DNA of 57,111 nucleotides, filler included, from Basidiobolus ranarum (Eukaryota): NCBI GenBank assembly GCA_040143965.1. It is 4 parts of 4 records of this genome, joined end to end, with 100 filler letters (N's around TTAATTAATTAA, not from the genome) between each part and the next. Parts side by side here need not be neighbours in the genome. Positions count along the whole stretch, not along the records: positions 1 to 14,227 come from JASJQH010007310.1; 3 more parts are not named here. One strand, 5' to 3'. Shown piece by piece: positions 1 to 12,156 of this stretch (position 1 is its first letter; each line of letters starts with the position of its first letter). The notes under the pieces were generated by a model. It saw only the letters and a program-made list of their open reading frames with translations, ran no database searches and was not told where the DNA came from. The position numbers and the translations under genes were made by a program.

Positions 1-467
1 CCGTATATGCTTGACTTCCCAATGTATCGAGGGCAGTGGAGATACCAATAGCGACAGACCAACAGGTCACTGAGGCAAACATATTTGCTAATGCCGCTAC
101 AGCAAGTTCTATATAAACATGTTAGAAAGCAATTCTTTGAGGGATCTCAAGTGGCTGGAAGAAGCATACCGTTAGAACCCTACACATTAAAAAACGATTT
201 CATCAATCAATAGAACTAACCACAATATAATAACAAATGAAAGGTTACCAAGTGCCCTAGGGAAAACACGCTAGCCAACTGGATGGAATTTTGAAGAATG
301 TACGTTAACACTACCGGAGTAGACGATTTCGCAAGCAATCCAAACTCAGACCACCAGACGTTAAAATTCGGATTACTTTCTACATCATCGATTAAATTTT
401 TGGGCAAGAGAGCGGTTTGCTCACTTGCGACGTAAACTTTAGATTCGAAGTCCTTAATGGTCGACAT
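1..467 (-). CDS. MATE-family efflux transporter, 5' part (runs off the window start)
   Basis: Exons 467-249, 179-170 (10 nt) and 108-1, joined through GT-AG introns, read ...PVVLTYILQNSIQLASVFSLGHL-GSN-ELAVAALANMFASVTCWSVAIGISTALDTLGSQAYT. This is the typical MATE N-terminal signature (GHLG..ELA..ALDTL.SQAY). Confidence 0.9.
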
Positions 468-3400
468 CGACTGATGAAATCCAGAGATTAGGCGAAGGTT
501 AGATGTACTTCCGTGTATTCAGTTGAATAAGACTGAAAGGAAGATGGTTGACAGCCATGTTACTTAGGTTCATTATATACCCAAACGTTGCTAAGATCTT
601 GATTCATAATCATTAGATTGATGAGAACCCTTTCCTAATGAGTACCTAGTACAAAATTCAAAGTCGTTACTCAGCTTAGTATATCCCTTGATATCGATTA
701 CTGTAGTATGGATTATAGGAGTGTGAAGGAAATTTACCAACAAAAAGAGAAAAGCTCCTTTTTGCAGCTGTGCTATGTGAGAATATCACCCAGGAGGACT
801 CTCACCTCACCTGCTTTAGATGCCGATCGTTTCACAAATCCATCCTCTACACCATTTCAATCCCACAAAGCCAAATGTTGTGTAATGATTCAAGCAACAC
901 GAAATCAATATCAAGTAAATATAGATTTTCCACCTCTATATTTGATCGATTTTTCATATGCACCTCAAATAGGATAGGCTGTGACCATATTCAATAAGCA
1001 CTTCAATAACCTGAGAAATCACGAATACTATTATTATGCTATTTCTTGATGTGCAGTTTACACTAGACGACCTATAATCTTCACTTCACATTGACAATAT
1101 CAAACACACGGTGACTCAAGTGTACCCGAATTACATATCAATCACATTGTACGTTCACTCTTGATGGGGGTTTCTTTCAGCCATCATTTATCTCCATTTC
1201 ACTCACCTATGCAAGCGCTAGCGATTTAGAGTGCGTTGGTTTCAGCACTCTATCCAGAGGGATGAATGCTTTGTAAGTGATATTTGAAAGACAATAGCAC
1301 TGGCTGCAACTACACCCATCCAACGATACAAATGAAGACACATGTGATGGAAAGCCTAAGGAGTGCTTTAACTTCAATCTCCTAATGCCCATGAGCTTTG
1401 ACGACTTGATTATAAAGCCCTCATGCATGACAGATGAGAGATAACTAGCTAGTGGAAATACCACGGTCTAGCATCTGCATCAGTGCCATGCGAATTAGAG
1501 AATGATCGAGCGGTGAAACCGTCGGCTCGGAAAAATTCGAGGTAGTTTGCTAGAGAATGGGAAGTTTATTGGACAATAGAAAGAGCGAATCTTCTCACTA
1601 TCGGGGCACCCAACCTTTAGTCCACTTAGTACTCACGAGAAAATTCAATTGTCTAGCACAAGAGTTAAGTGGTGGTAGATTCAAAAAACATGGTACTCTC
1701 AAATGTAAGCCATATCAAAGTGCTGCATTTTCAGGAATCTACTTTCCTTTCTTGAATTTGGAGGCGTGTGTTCTACAATGTATAGATTTTCTCCATGACC
1801 TTGTGAACTCTTGTGCTTAGATTGGCCAATCATCATTAATCTTAATTCAGGTGAGATTTTGAACCAAAATTGTACGTGAGATGTATGATTGAATTGGAAC
1901 ATTTGATATCTGAGTAGATTCCTATTCTGATCTGTATATAGAATTAGTCAAACAGTGTCATAGCTCCATATTAACCTGATTTAGGTGCTATCGCTGTGGA
2001 TCACACGCTGCCCACAATGATGGTCTGAATGGTGTCTGAAGCAATTCTATGAATTGATATAGGAGTGCTAGTAGCCTTAATACTGATTGCATTTATTCCT
2101 GGCGGTGGGTGAACGCTTTATGCAGAGCCACCCTAACAAGGTGTCCTGGCTGAACTTAAATTAATGGAATCACGTTTAGACTCTAGTGCTTTAGCATCTT
2201 AATCGTTTCCAATTATAACTGTCATGTGGGTCATTTGACTCAACGGTGAAATAACAAGCAACATCATTAATAGAACACCCTGCAGCGAGAACAGTCCCAC
2301 AATACTGTGCCTCTACTCTACTGGCTTTCAAGTAACAACAAAGAAGTAAAATTGGAGTACAGTTGTTGAAAACCCCTCGGGATTCAAGTTTATGAAAGTT
2401 ATCAAATGTCCCCTGTTGCCAAAATTGTGCAAGTGGGGAGAGTGGGAAGCTTTCCAGTTATAGAGAAACGGGAGAGGTTGTTCAATCCTAGCCTGGTGCA
2501 TGTATATAAGGCAAATATGAAGCTTATTTATGGAATTGCCCATACGCTTTATTACATGGATTTTGCGCCATCATTAATCATAAGATCTAGATCTAATCGA
2601 GGATTATATTGGTGCTGAAATGATTATTTGATCTATGGGATTATGATGTGCTGCAAATGCTAAACTTCACTGACTGAAGCTGGTCTGTCATTCTTGCTCT
2701 GACTTTCAAAGGATTTGCCGTCCAATAAGCCTTCCTGAGCTGCAGCTCATAGCTGAACTTTTACTGGTAAAGTCACAAACTTTTCACTGAGTAGCGTGCT
2801 GTACCGCCTTTCATCACATGCATTGAGCTCTGCTTGAGTCAAATTCTTTACTGCCTCTTGATACCTTTCGTATTACGCTACTGAGTTCATCAATGTTTGA
2901 ACGGATTTTGACTACTACATTTTCTGAAAATAACAAGCATTTAGAGTTCACTGGATAATAGGTTTCCACAAAGATGTTATTTACGTTTTATAAGTGTTTA
3001 GGAATACTTTTTCCTACAGAACACTGATAGGTAATTTGGAATATTTTGCTCCGGATTGAGTGTACTTGGTTCAGATGATAGAGAATTTAGAGTAGTGACT
3101 GTTTAAATAATTAGCAACTTAGAGTTCATTAAAAAAAGGTGGATATTGCATGTGATGATCCATCATAATACGAAGAATCGGATCAGTTTTAAATGATGTA
3201 TTTCCCACTAAAATAGTAATGGTGAGAACTATAGTAAGAATCCTATAGGTTTATCACTGGGTACATCAAGTATGTATTTCTGGTTGTGTACTATGACGAA
3301 GGCCTGTTAATGTGATGGATGGCTACATGTACGAGCATCAAGGGAAACACATGGATAATGACATTAACCGTAGTGATATTTCGAAATTATGACTCCAAGT

Positions 3401-3801
3401 GTAGTTTGGAGTGTGGCCCGCTAGATAAAGTAGAACTTGCTGAAGAAAGGCGACCCTTGGAGCACTTTCTGATAGTACGGGGATCTCTGGTCCTCTAAAT
3501 AGCCCAAAATATCTGTGAAGCTATGAGAGAGGTTCAACACCGCCACTACACTTGTGATACCTGCTTTCCATCAAGAGGAAAATATTTAGCAAGTAAGAGG
3601 TACACTGTGTGATTTAAATGGTCACTAGTTCTTCATACAATGGGGTATTAATAAGTTTGTTAACAAATCCGAAACCTGGTGTGATTGAGATGAGGTAAAG
3701 TGGTAATTCGTGATAACCTAATATTACGCAATATTCGTCAACATCTCTAGGTATAAAATAGCCTGTAAAGGATAAATTGCCCTCCACCTCTTTAATATCT
3801 C

Positions 3802-5165
3802 ATGAAATCAACTGAAGTTAGATACGATATTATTGCTAAGCAATTGACATCTCTAGTATGTCCAGTGCTCCTCTTGTGGACTGTAGTATATCTATTGGGC
3901 TGGTCTCTTTGGTTGATTGCCTTCTATGTGATCACTCCGTATTTTGCTCCGTTCTGGTTAGGACCGTACGTGTTGACATTCATACGAACCTCGCTTACTA
4001 ATGATACGCTCCCTCTACATATCAGGTATCCAGTGTAGTTTCTTTTCCTTTTGATGTATCAAAGTTCTTAACTTCTATTTCATCTTTATAGAACATTGGG
4101 ACTGTGTCGGCTGTTCTATCACTTTTTCCTTAAGCAACCAGCATTCAACGTGGCTTGGTGGATTGATGAAATTCTATTTCCCCTTTATCATTCAACCAAA
4201 ATCAATTCACCAACATTTATCCTAGGGCAACCTAGATCGGGCACAACCAAACTTTTGGATATTCTAGCTACCAATGATAAACATGTAGTGGCATTGAAAT
4301 TCTGGGAACTTATGTATCCGATCTTATGGATTCAATATTTAACAGATTTCGTTGACTTCTATAATGTGAAGTATTTTGGTGGCAGGTTGACGCATCTGTT
4401 CAATCCGTTTGCGGCGTATGGAGCCAAGACGATGAAGATGCATCGTATGGGCATGGACAGATGGGAAGAAGATGACGTATTGTTTACTATCCATTACCTT
4501 TTCTCGTTCGCAATGTTCTTCGAATTCCCTAGTAAAGAAAATATGGAGTTGAATTTGAATTTCCGCACTTTAAGTGAATCCTCGCGTAAAAGAATGTTTG
4601 ATATTCATCGGAAAACGGTGCAGAAAGTATGTATAAGAGAGGGAATGCACAATCTGTCTATATGGCAAAATGGGTTATGTGTTGGACTGGTGAGTACGAG
4701 CACCTCATGGATACTTACCCCAATGCAAAATGCGTTTTTATCTATCGAAAGCCTGAAGAAAGTATACCTAGCATGATGAAACTATTGCAAGGTGTAACTC
4801 TCGATGCTTCCAAATACGATCCGCTTAGCAACATCGAATTTAAAGAAACGATGATGAACTATATGTATCGAGCCCACGAATTGGAGATTGAATTTATTCA
4901 GGAATTACTGAAGCAGGAACAACATGTTCAAATCATCAAATTTACTGAATTGTTCGAAGATATCCCTGGGGTCATTACAAAAGCCATGCTAGAACTGGGA
5001 ATACCTATACCTATTGAATATAAAGCATTCTTGCTCCAAGAACAGAAAAAGCAACTGGGACATACAAAGACTGAAGTAGATAAATCTGCTTCAAGCATAG
5101 CGGAGATTGAAAGGAATTGCTCTACTTTCTATGAAAGATTGAATTTCTTGAAATCCAAAGTTTAA
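3802..5165 (+). CDS. Membrane-anchored P-loop sulfotransferase (Sulfotransfer_3/Stf3-like) with a 1-nt frameshift near 4628; pseudogene or assembly error
   Basis: Exon 3802-4025 encodes hydrophobic TM segments. GT-AG intron 4026-4091 joins it in frame. The 5'-PSB motif FILGQPRSGTTKL and the 3'-PB-like region YPNAKCVFIYRKPEESIPS lie in different frames, meeting at AAA GT ATG (4624-4631). TATAAAA at 3753-3759. Confidence 0.8.
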
Positions 5166-6169
5166 TGTTTCTACTGGACTTAATGGATATACTTTGACTA
5201 GTGCTTTACCATACACATATTTGTGATTTTGAAACTTTCTTTATTGATATATGGTTCATATTTATGGGTAAGGGTAGAGATTCACTTGTTTATTTTAATG
5301 ATTAATTGCTAGTACTTGATTAACATGAGTCTTGCTAAACTCTTAAAATCTATATCCAATATATTACTAAAAATACAAAATCATATCAAATGCGATCTTC
5401 GAAATAACTGGTCCTATATTCTCGAGACTAGTAGCTTTGGTAACTTAAATAATCCTATATTGACTAATCCGGAAGATAACTCATTTATTCTACATGCATG
5501 GTTTAAGTGAGAATATCATTCACTTCATGATTCCACTTGATATTTGCCACATAGCCTAATCAGAGCCCAAATAACATTCTCGGATTTTATGAAAGTGATT
5601 CCTCTACTCTTTTGAGACTGCATACATTTATATTCAGAACTATCAGTAAATTAGTTTTGAACTCACATATTCATTTATCATTTCTTTGCCATTAGTGGTT
5701 TCATTAGTACAAGTCGGAATATCTCATGCTCAAACGAGGCTGGGCCTACAAAGTAGTAAGTGCTGAAGTTTGAAGTTGCTTGTCTATATACCTTAACTGG
5801 TCTTCACATTGCTCACAATGCTTCTGGAACTCTCTTTCTTATTACACGAGTTTTTTGACAATATTTTTGATAGGTTTTACTTGATATAGGGATTCAAAAC
5901 ACTAAAGAAATACATTTGGTACACTAATTATGCTTTGGCCAGTATTTATTAGGTATGTGAGAAAAACGGCATTTTAAAACATATGCATGTGGTAGTTGAA
6001 CTAGCAATATGTACAAAGTAGATCTCTGTATAGCCAGCTCATACTCATGCTGGATAACTGAGTGCTTCCAGTAGCTTTTTGAAGCTTGGAAAGATCAGTG
6101 AAATCAGTTACTTATGATACAAGACGGAAAGTAAACCACTCTTGGATATTTCCAAACATCGAACTACAA

Positions 6170-6480
6170 ATACTGTTGCATATGACATAGGCTAAACATC
6201 TATATAGTCAAATATAGTTTAGTGTTCAGTTATTCCATATTCTCCATCGAGATTTACTTAGAAGTTTGAAGATATATAGATTTTTCAAACTTGTGTAAGA
6301 GACCCCAAAGTTTGCACACATGTTCCTGCGACATTCCTTAACACATTTTACACGTATGTTTGCTTACCCCTTGACAAAACGATAAATGCTAATTTTCCAT
6401 TCAATAAATTAATTAGTGAAAACCACTGATTATTCTGATTCTTCAAATCACTTTTAGCAACTCTCAGAATACTTCAACAA
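6170..6480 (+). repeat. Dispersed repeat family, copy A
   Basis: Blocks such as ctaaacatc.atatagtca.atatag.ttagt and ccttaacacatt...cttgacaaaac.ataaat...tcaataaat.aat.agtgaaa.ccac recur near 44535-44840 and 56310-56825. Confidence 0.8.
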
Positions 6481-8418
6481 ATACTACAATATTTATCATG
6501 TATCCTTCTGTTAAACGAGGTCGTTTGCATGCAGAATCATATTGTATGTTATCTGTCATGTTCATTCCATTTTGATGTGTTTATTTGCCACTTTAAGAGA
6601 AACAGAACAAGTCTCCTACACTTTTTAGTTCTGGGTATGTCATTCTTTTTCATTAACACTTTGTCAATCATGAGAGTCTTAGTGGAAAAAATTAAGTCAG
6701 GAAACACTTTCAATGCATGGATTGCCGACAAACATCGTCTTTATATCTATCAATTATATAATAGTTGTCAATATAGAAAATTTACTATATTGCAATTCTG
6801 ACAATTTGATAGACTCGCATCAATTTTTGATTGATTGAGACAGGTTGGATTGGTGTTAGCAAACAATCTTTATATTAAACATCCACAATAATGGCCAAGC
6901 CATAATGTAAAAAGTTTAGATCTTATCTAACATAGTATTTAGAAATATAGCCTATAATTTTAGTGCAAAAATCATGTAATATCAAGTTGAATCACGAAGC
7001 GAATGCAGTGATATTATCAATAACGCATACAGAAGAAGTGAATTGGTTATGAGTGCTAGTGTATCTTCCACAATATAGGGCCTACCAAAGAATCTGTCCA
7101 GCATAATCTATTGTTGAAATTCTCAATAGATGTTAGCTCTAAAGTCAAAATTCTACGAACGACGAAAGTCAGCAATGATGTACATCGATAGAAGAGATAT
7201 CTAAATTCAGAAGGCAAGGAAATTCATTATCACGGATGGCATCTGTTTGATAGCGAATGGTGTTGAGATATGAGTAAAAGTGCTGAAATCATTAGAATTA
7301 CGCTCCAGAGGATAGTTGGTGGATAATATATAAATTAGTGTTTGCCATTTCCAGAGTTTTATAATGAAATCGCAATGTCCCCGAGGTAGAAAAGAGGGAG
7401 GCGAATTTGTAAGCAACAAAGAATATCTTTGTAATACAATTGGCCTTAATTTAAATTCTAAGAGAGGTCATTACTTCAGATACTAACTATAAGTAATGTA
7501 GCCTTTTCGTGTACTAATTTGTTGCGATATTGCCTTGATACAATTTAATCAGTTTGCTGGAAGCATCACTCACTCACATTACTTATAATACATTGAGCAT
7601 ATGCTGAATTAACTGGCACACAGGGGCCTTTGTATGCTTATCATTCTCCCCAATGGCCTGGCGGAACTTTAATGAACTTCTTGCCCACTGTGTATCCTAT
7701 TACAACGCTTAAGGTTCGAAGATAGCTACAGTAATCCAGATAAGAAACTAGTGTTGGCAAATTCGTCATTAGGGTATGTTGTTTAAACGAAGTAGGCTCA
7801 CTTACGAGAATATTACCGCTATATGGTATATATAAATACTCGGGTAGTTTCACCAGGTTCCCACATTTGTCTGAAATAATCCAGCAGTTTGATATCCATG
7901 TCTGCGATAATCTCCAGAGATTAGATCAATGATATAATGTACGACTCTATCGACTGAATGTCTTCAAGGCACTTGGTTCTATCCAACCAAAAATTTTCCC
8001 ACGTGATAAATCCTCCAGTTACATGAGAGGAATGCCTGTACAAATAGCCATGAACCAAGTAAATTGAATTTGTGGTGAAACTTCAATGTTGTGCTCAAGA
8101 GCTTTCAGTATACAACCGGTTCAGTGTCCTAGCTTAACGTTCAAAATATGCCTATATATAGGCAGATTGAGGAACCTGCTTTATCCGAAAGTGGGATTTC
8201 CGTTATCTCCCTGTATTTTTTCAAAAAGTTTTGGAACACATGTAAAGAATTATTCTGAATTTCAACATTAACATCACTTATCAATTAATGATCAAGTGTG
8301 CTTCTCCGGTTCAAGACTGAACACCGTACTACAGAAAGGCGGGCTTATGGCGAGCTACAGTGCAGGCAACTAAAGTGCTTATACTATCGAATACTGCTTG
8401 CCATTCCTGGTAGAAATG

Positions 8419-8425
8419 TATAAAA
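8419..8425 (+). promoter_or_regulatory. TATA box of the guanine deaminase gene
   Basis: TATAAAA about 60 nt upstream of ATG 8487. Similar spacing is seen at the sulfotransferase and WS/DGAT genes. Confidence 0.55.
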
Positions 8426-8486
8426 CTCATGGCATCCAAAGATCAGAAATTGTTCTTGCCACTCTTCAACTAAGACTCATACTAAA

Positions 8487-9866
8487 ATGCGATTCCTGTC
8501 TCTTGCTCTTCTCTCCGCTGCTCTAGTCGCTTCTGCCGATGCGGCTGCTACTGCTGGAAACATATTCTATGGAAACTTTGTGCACTCCGTCAATATCACC
8601 AACCTTGAGTATGTTGGTAAGGGTGCGATTGTGGTGGACACTGCCGGAAATATTATCCAAGTCGAGAGAAATGTGACTGAGCGACAGATTAGTCAGATTG
8701 GAGATAAGCACCGAGTGAGTATCACTCGTTTGGGTGATCAACAATTCATCATGCCCGGTTTGATCGATACTCACATCCACGCACCCCAGTATGTTTTTAC
8801 CGGATCCGGAATGGACTTACAACTTCTTAACTGGTTGAATACATACACTTTCCCCCGTGAGGCACGCTTTAATGACACCAGGTATGCCAATGATGCCTAC
8901 AACAAAGTAGTTGACCGTTTAATCCGTGGTGGAACTACCGCAGCAAGTTATTACGCCACCATACATCTAGACGCTAGTAAGATTCTAGCCGACATTGTTG
9001 AACGTAGAGGGCAGCGTGCGTTCGTAGGTAAAGTTAATATGGACCGCAATTCCCCTGATTACTATATTGAAAATACGCAGCAAAGTTTGAAAGATACCGA
9101 AACCTTTATTCAATATGTTCTTGGAAAGAAAAACTCCAGAGTGGCCCCTATTGTCACCCCTCGCTTTGTTCCCTCCTGTACATCAGATTTGATGAGAGGA
9201 CTTGCCGCATTAGCCAACAAATATAATGTCCCTATTCAATCTCACCTCGACGAGAATTTGGATGAAATTGCCTGGGTCAAGGAGCTTCACCCAGATCAGC
9301 CTGATTATACCTCGGTATACGATGCCCATGGTTTGTTGAATAATCGTACCATCATGGCTCATGTGGTCTACCCAACTGACGAGGAACGAAAGTTACTTAA
9401 GCAACGAGGAGCTGGTATTTCCCATTGCCCCAACTCCAACTTGAGTCTTCGTAGTGGGATAGCCAAGGTTCGCCAGATGTTGACTGAAGGACAAAAGCTC
9501 AGTCTTGGGACTGATGTTTCTGGTGGGTACTCACCATCCATCCTCAACAGTATACGTAATGCTTATTTTGCAGGTATTGCACGTAGCTTTGATCACCCTG
9601 AAGATAAGTACCTCCAGCTTCCCGAGATTTTCTACATTGCCACCCTTGGTGGAGCCGATGTACTTGGAATGAAAGAGCAGCTTGGAAACTTTGTTGTTGG
9701 TAAGAAATTTGATGCCTTGATCATCAATCCTAGTACCAGAGGTTCGCCCATAGATCTCTTTGATCATGACAAGCTCAATACTATATTCGAGAAGTTCATC
9801 AACAACGGTGATGATCGTAACATTGTCGAAGTATTTGTTGATGGTAAATCCATTCATCGCCTATAA
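8487..9866 (+). CDS. GUD1: Guanine deaminase (amidohydrolase superfamily) with a predicted N-terminal signal peptide
   Basis: Intronless 459-aa ORF. Motifs PGLIDTHIHAPQY (HxH), VTPRFVPSC, QSHLDEN, MAHVVY, HCPNSN, LGTDVSGG, VGKKFDAL and GDDRNIVEVFV. The N-terminus is MRFLSLALLSAALVASADA. Confidence 0.93.
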   Translation: MRFLSLALLSAALVASADAAATAGNIFYGNFVHSVNITNLEYVGKGAIVVDTAGNIIQVERNVTERQISQIGDKHRVSITRLGDQQFIMPGLIDTHIHAPQYVFTGSGMDLQLLNWLNTYTFPREARFNDTRYANDAYNKVVDRLIRGGTTAASYYATIHLDASKILADIVERRGQRAFVGKVNMDRNSPDYYIENTQQSLKDTETFIQYVLGKKNSRVAPIVTPRFVPSCTSDLMRGLAALANKYNVPIQSHLDENLDEIAWVKELHPDQPDYTSVYDAHGLLNNRTIMAHVVYPTDEERKLLKQRGAGISHCPNSNLSLRSGIAKVRQMLTEGQKLSLGTDVSGGYSPSILNSIRNAYFAGIARSFDHPEDKYLQLPEIFYIATLGGADVLGMKEQLGNFVVGKKFDALIINPSTRGSPIDLFDHDKLNTIFEKFINNGDDRNIVEVFVDGKSIHRL

Positions 9867-11073
9867 ACTAGGTGGACAAACTAGGGTCCAATTGCTATGA
9901 CAGTCGTTATGTAGGTTTAAAAGTCAGCAATATGCATGCTGACTAAAGGCATTTATCGCTGATTGAACTGCAGGAACTACGCTGAAACATGAATAAATTT
10001 TGTATATTCTATCTATCTCTACATGGAAATACTTTACAATGAGCTAGAAGATCTGCAACTCCTACAAATCTACTAGCCATTACAGCATTAAGACAAAGAA
10101 TTCAAAGAAGCTCTGATATATAATTTACTTGGCCATAGAATGAAATAGTCGCCATATGCAATGATTTTCCTCGGATGACGAAACGTTTCCTAATAGATAC
10201 CGTTCGTTGACGTATAGATAGCGACACCTTTTTAAGTAGTCCCAATTATCACTATACAGAAAACTTGATATGATGGCAAGGCGTACACAACTCGAGTATT
10301 GATGAGTTAGTGAGTGAGGAATCAGCTCCGTCTCTGCTAAGCAACCTGGCTCCTGCGTTCGACGATGCTAGACAAAAATCAGCTTACTGTCTCGTTGAAA
10401 CAACATGAATGATGGTGCGGGTGTATTCAAAATCTCTTACCACGCTGTCGTATAGGTAAACATCTCCTGCCATTAGTGTTGATCATTAGCCCCGGTATCT
10501 GGTCTACCGATTCGATACTGAACCAGCTAAAATTGCGTTCTATCGGCCATTTGATTAGCTGCCAATTTTAGGTATCAGTACTACACATGAGTTGAACAAC
10601 TCTTATTGTACCGTCACTCATAATTGATCTCAGTTCTGAGACATATTCTTCACTTGGACTTAAACTGGAGGCAGGGTGTTCAAGATTCTTCGATGAAAAG
10701 TCACCGTGTCACTGGTGTTCCAACTTGAATATGTCACTCAAGTAAATTTAGAATGACCAATGATTGTACAAAACACAGAAATGCCTTGTGAATTATATGA
10801 TCCGAATTAAGGGCTCTCTGCACTCCACGATAACCATCAAAATGTAGAGCAATATGATCCGCGAATGTTTCATTTTATTTAGCGTGGTTTTTTAATAGTA
10901 AATTGAAACAGAGGAGGAAATCAAATTCCCATAAAAACAAGTGGTTTGTTTGTGCACTAATTCAAAAAGAAATTAACATTCACGAAAAGTTCTTTGAATA
11001 CAACGAATATGACTCGTCAGCATGTAAAAACCCAACCCTAATTAATTATTGAGGTATATTTCTGGATAATGAA

Positions 11074-12156
11074 TCATTGCTCCTCATCTTTCTCTTCGGT
11101 AGTCACGGTGTAATCAAACGGATCTCCCAGAGCTACTTTGATGAGAAGTTTTCTACCCTCCAATGATAGATCCTTTCTCTCTTCCAACACCTTCTTCTGG
11201 TCTTCTTCCTTTTCAAATTCTACAAATCCAAAGCCCTTAGAGCGTCCAGTTTTCGAGGTAACAATAAGGGATCTAGTAACTTTGGTATCGGGGAATAAAC
11301 CCTCCAACGCAGACGTTTCAAGACTGTATGGTAGATTGCCAACAAATATACTCTGATTGGAAGGAGGGCCCATGGGTGCTTTAGGCTTCGTACGGAATCT
11401 GCGACCACCTCTGGCTCTGGGCGCTCTATCGTCCTCCTCAACTGATTGCTCCGATAGGTCAAGGTTGGCTAATTCCTCACTCACTTCCGAGATGCCATTA
11501 GGAGCTTCTTTAGCTGAGTCTGAAGTAGCATCACGCTTATTTGAGAACCTACGAGGGGCCTCAGAGCTCTAGCAAATGAAGGAATATTCGATAAGGATAT
11601 ACATGAGTGAACATCATACCATCATTTAATTACTTACCAAAACTACTTCTTCTTCGCCTGCTCTATGACCCCTTCCTCTACTGCCACGACCACGTTTAGT
11701 TCTGCCATTACCTCTTCCTTTTGAAGACTTCACACCATCTGTTGCTTCAGCATTTCCTTCTCCATTATGAGGTTGACTTTCAGTTTCCTTATTACGGTTT
11801 ATTTCACGTTGCATTGGACGGGCAAGCTCTACTTTCAAAACCCTACCATCTAATTCTGACTGGTCTTTTTCACCTACTGCCTTCTTCGCATCTTCCAAGT
11901 TGGTAAAATTGACGAAACCATATCCTAACGATCTCTTACCACGTGTAAGAACGGTAGCTTCAAGACTTTAAGTGTTTTTATAGTTTAGATTGTTAACTAG
12001 AAGCAAAGAAAGCAAAATAAACGCAACTTACATATTTCCGTAACTATCAAAAGTATTTTTTAACTGCTCTTGGGTAGTTTGGAAAGGTAAATTTCCAACG
12101 AAAACTTTGGTACCTTGTTCTTTACTAAGAACCTCTGTCTGGTTTTCTTCGGACAT
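11074..12156 (-). CDS. Two-RRM RNA-binding protein with an RG-rich linker
   Basis: Exons 12156-12032, 11965-11638 and 11568-11074, GT-AG and frame-consistent. RNP2/RNP1 pairs VFVGNL/LGYGFVNF and IFVGNL/KGFGFVEF. Linker contains GRGNGRTKRGRGSRGRG. Confidence 0.88.

Noticed and set aside
2660-2925. Minus-strand frame with two stops (YERYQEAVKNLTQAEL...)
   Set aside because: Possibly a gene relic, but no recognisable family.
10125-10475. Possible spliced small gene on the minus strand (GTAAGA...GCTGAT...CTAG)
   Set aside because: The product has no recognisable features; the splice-like signals could be chance.
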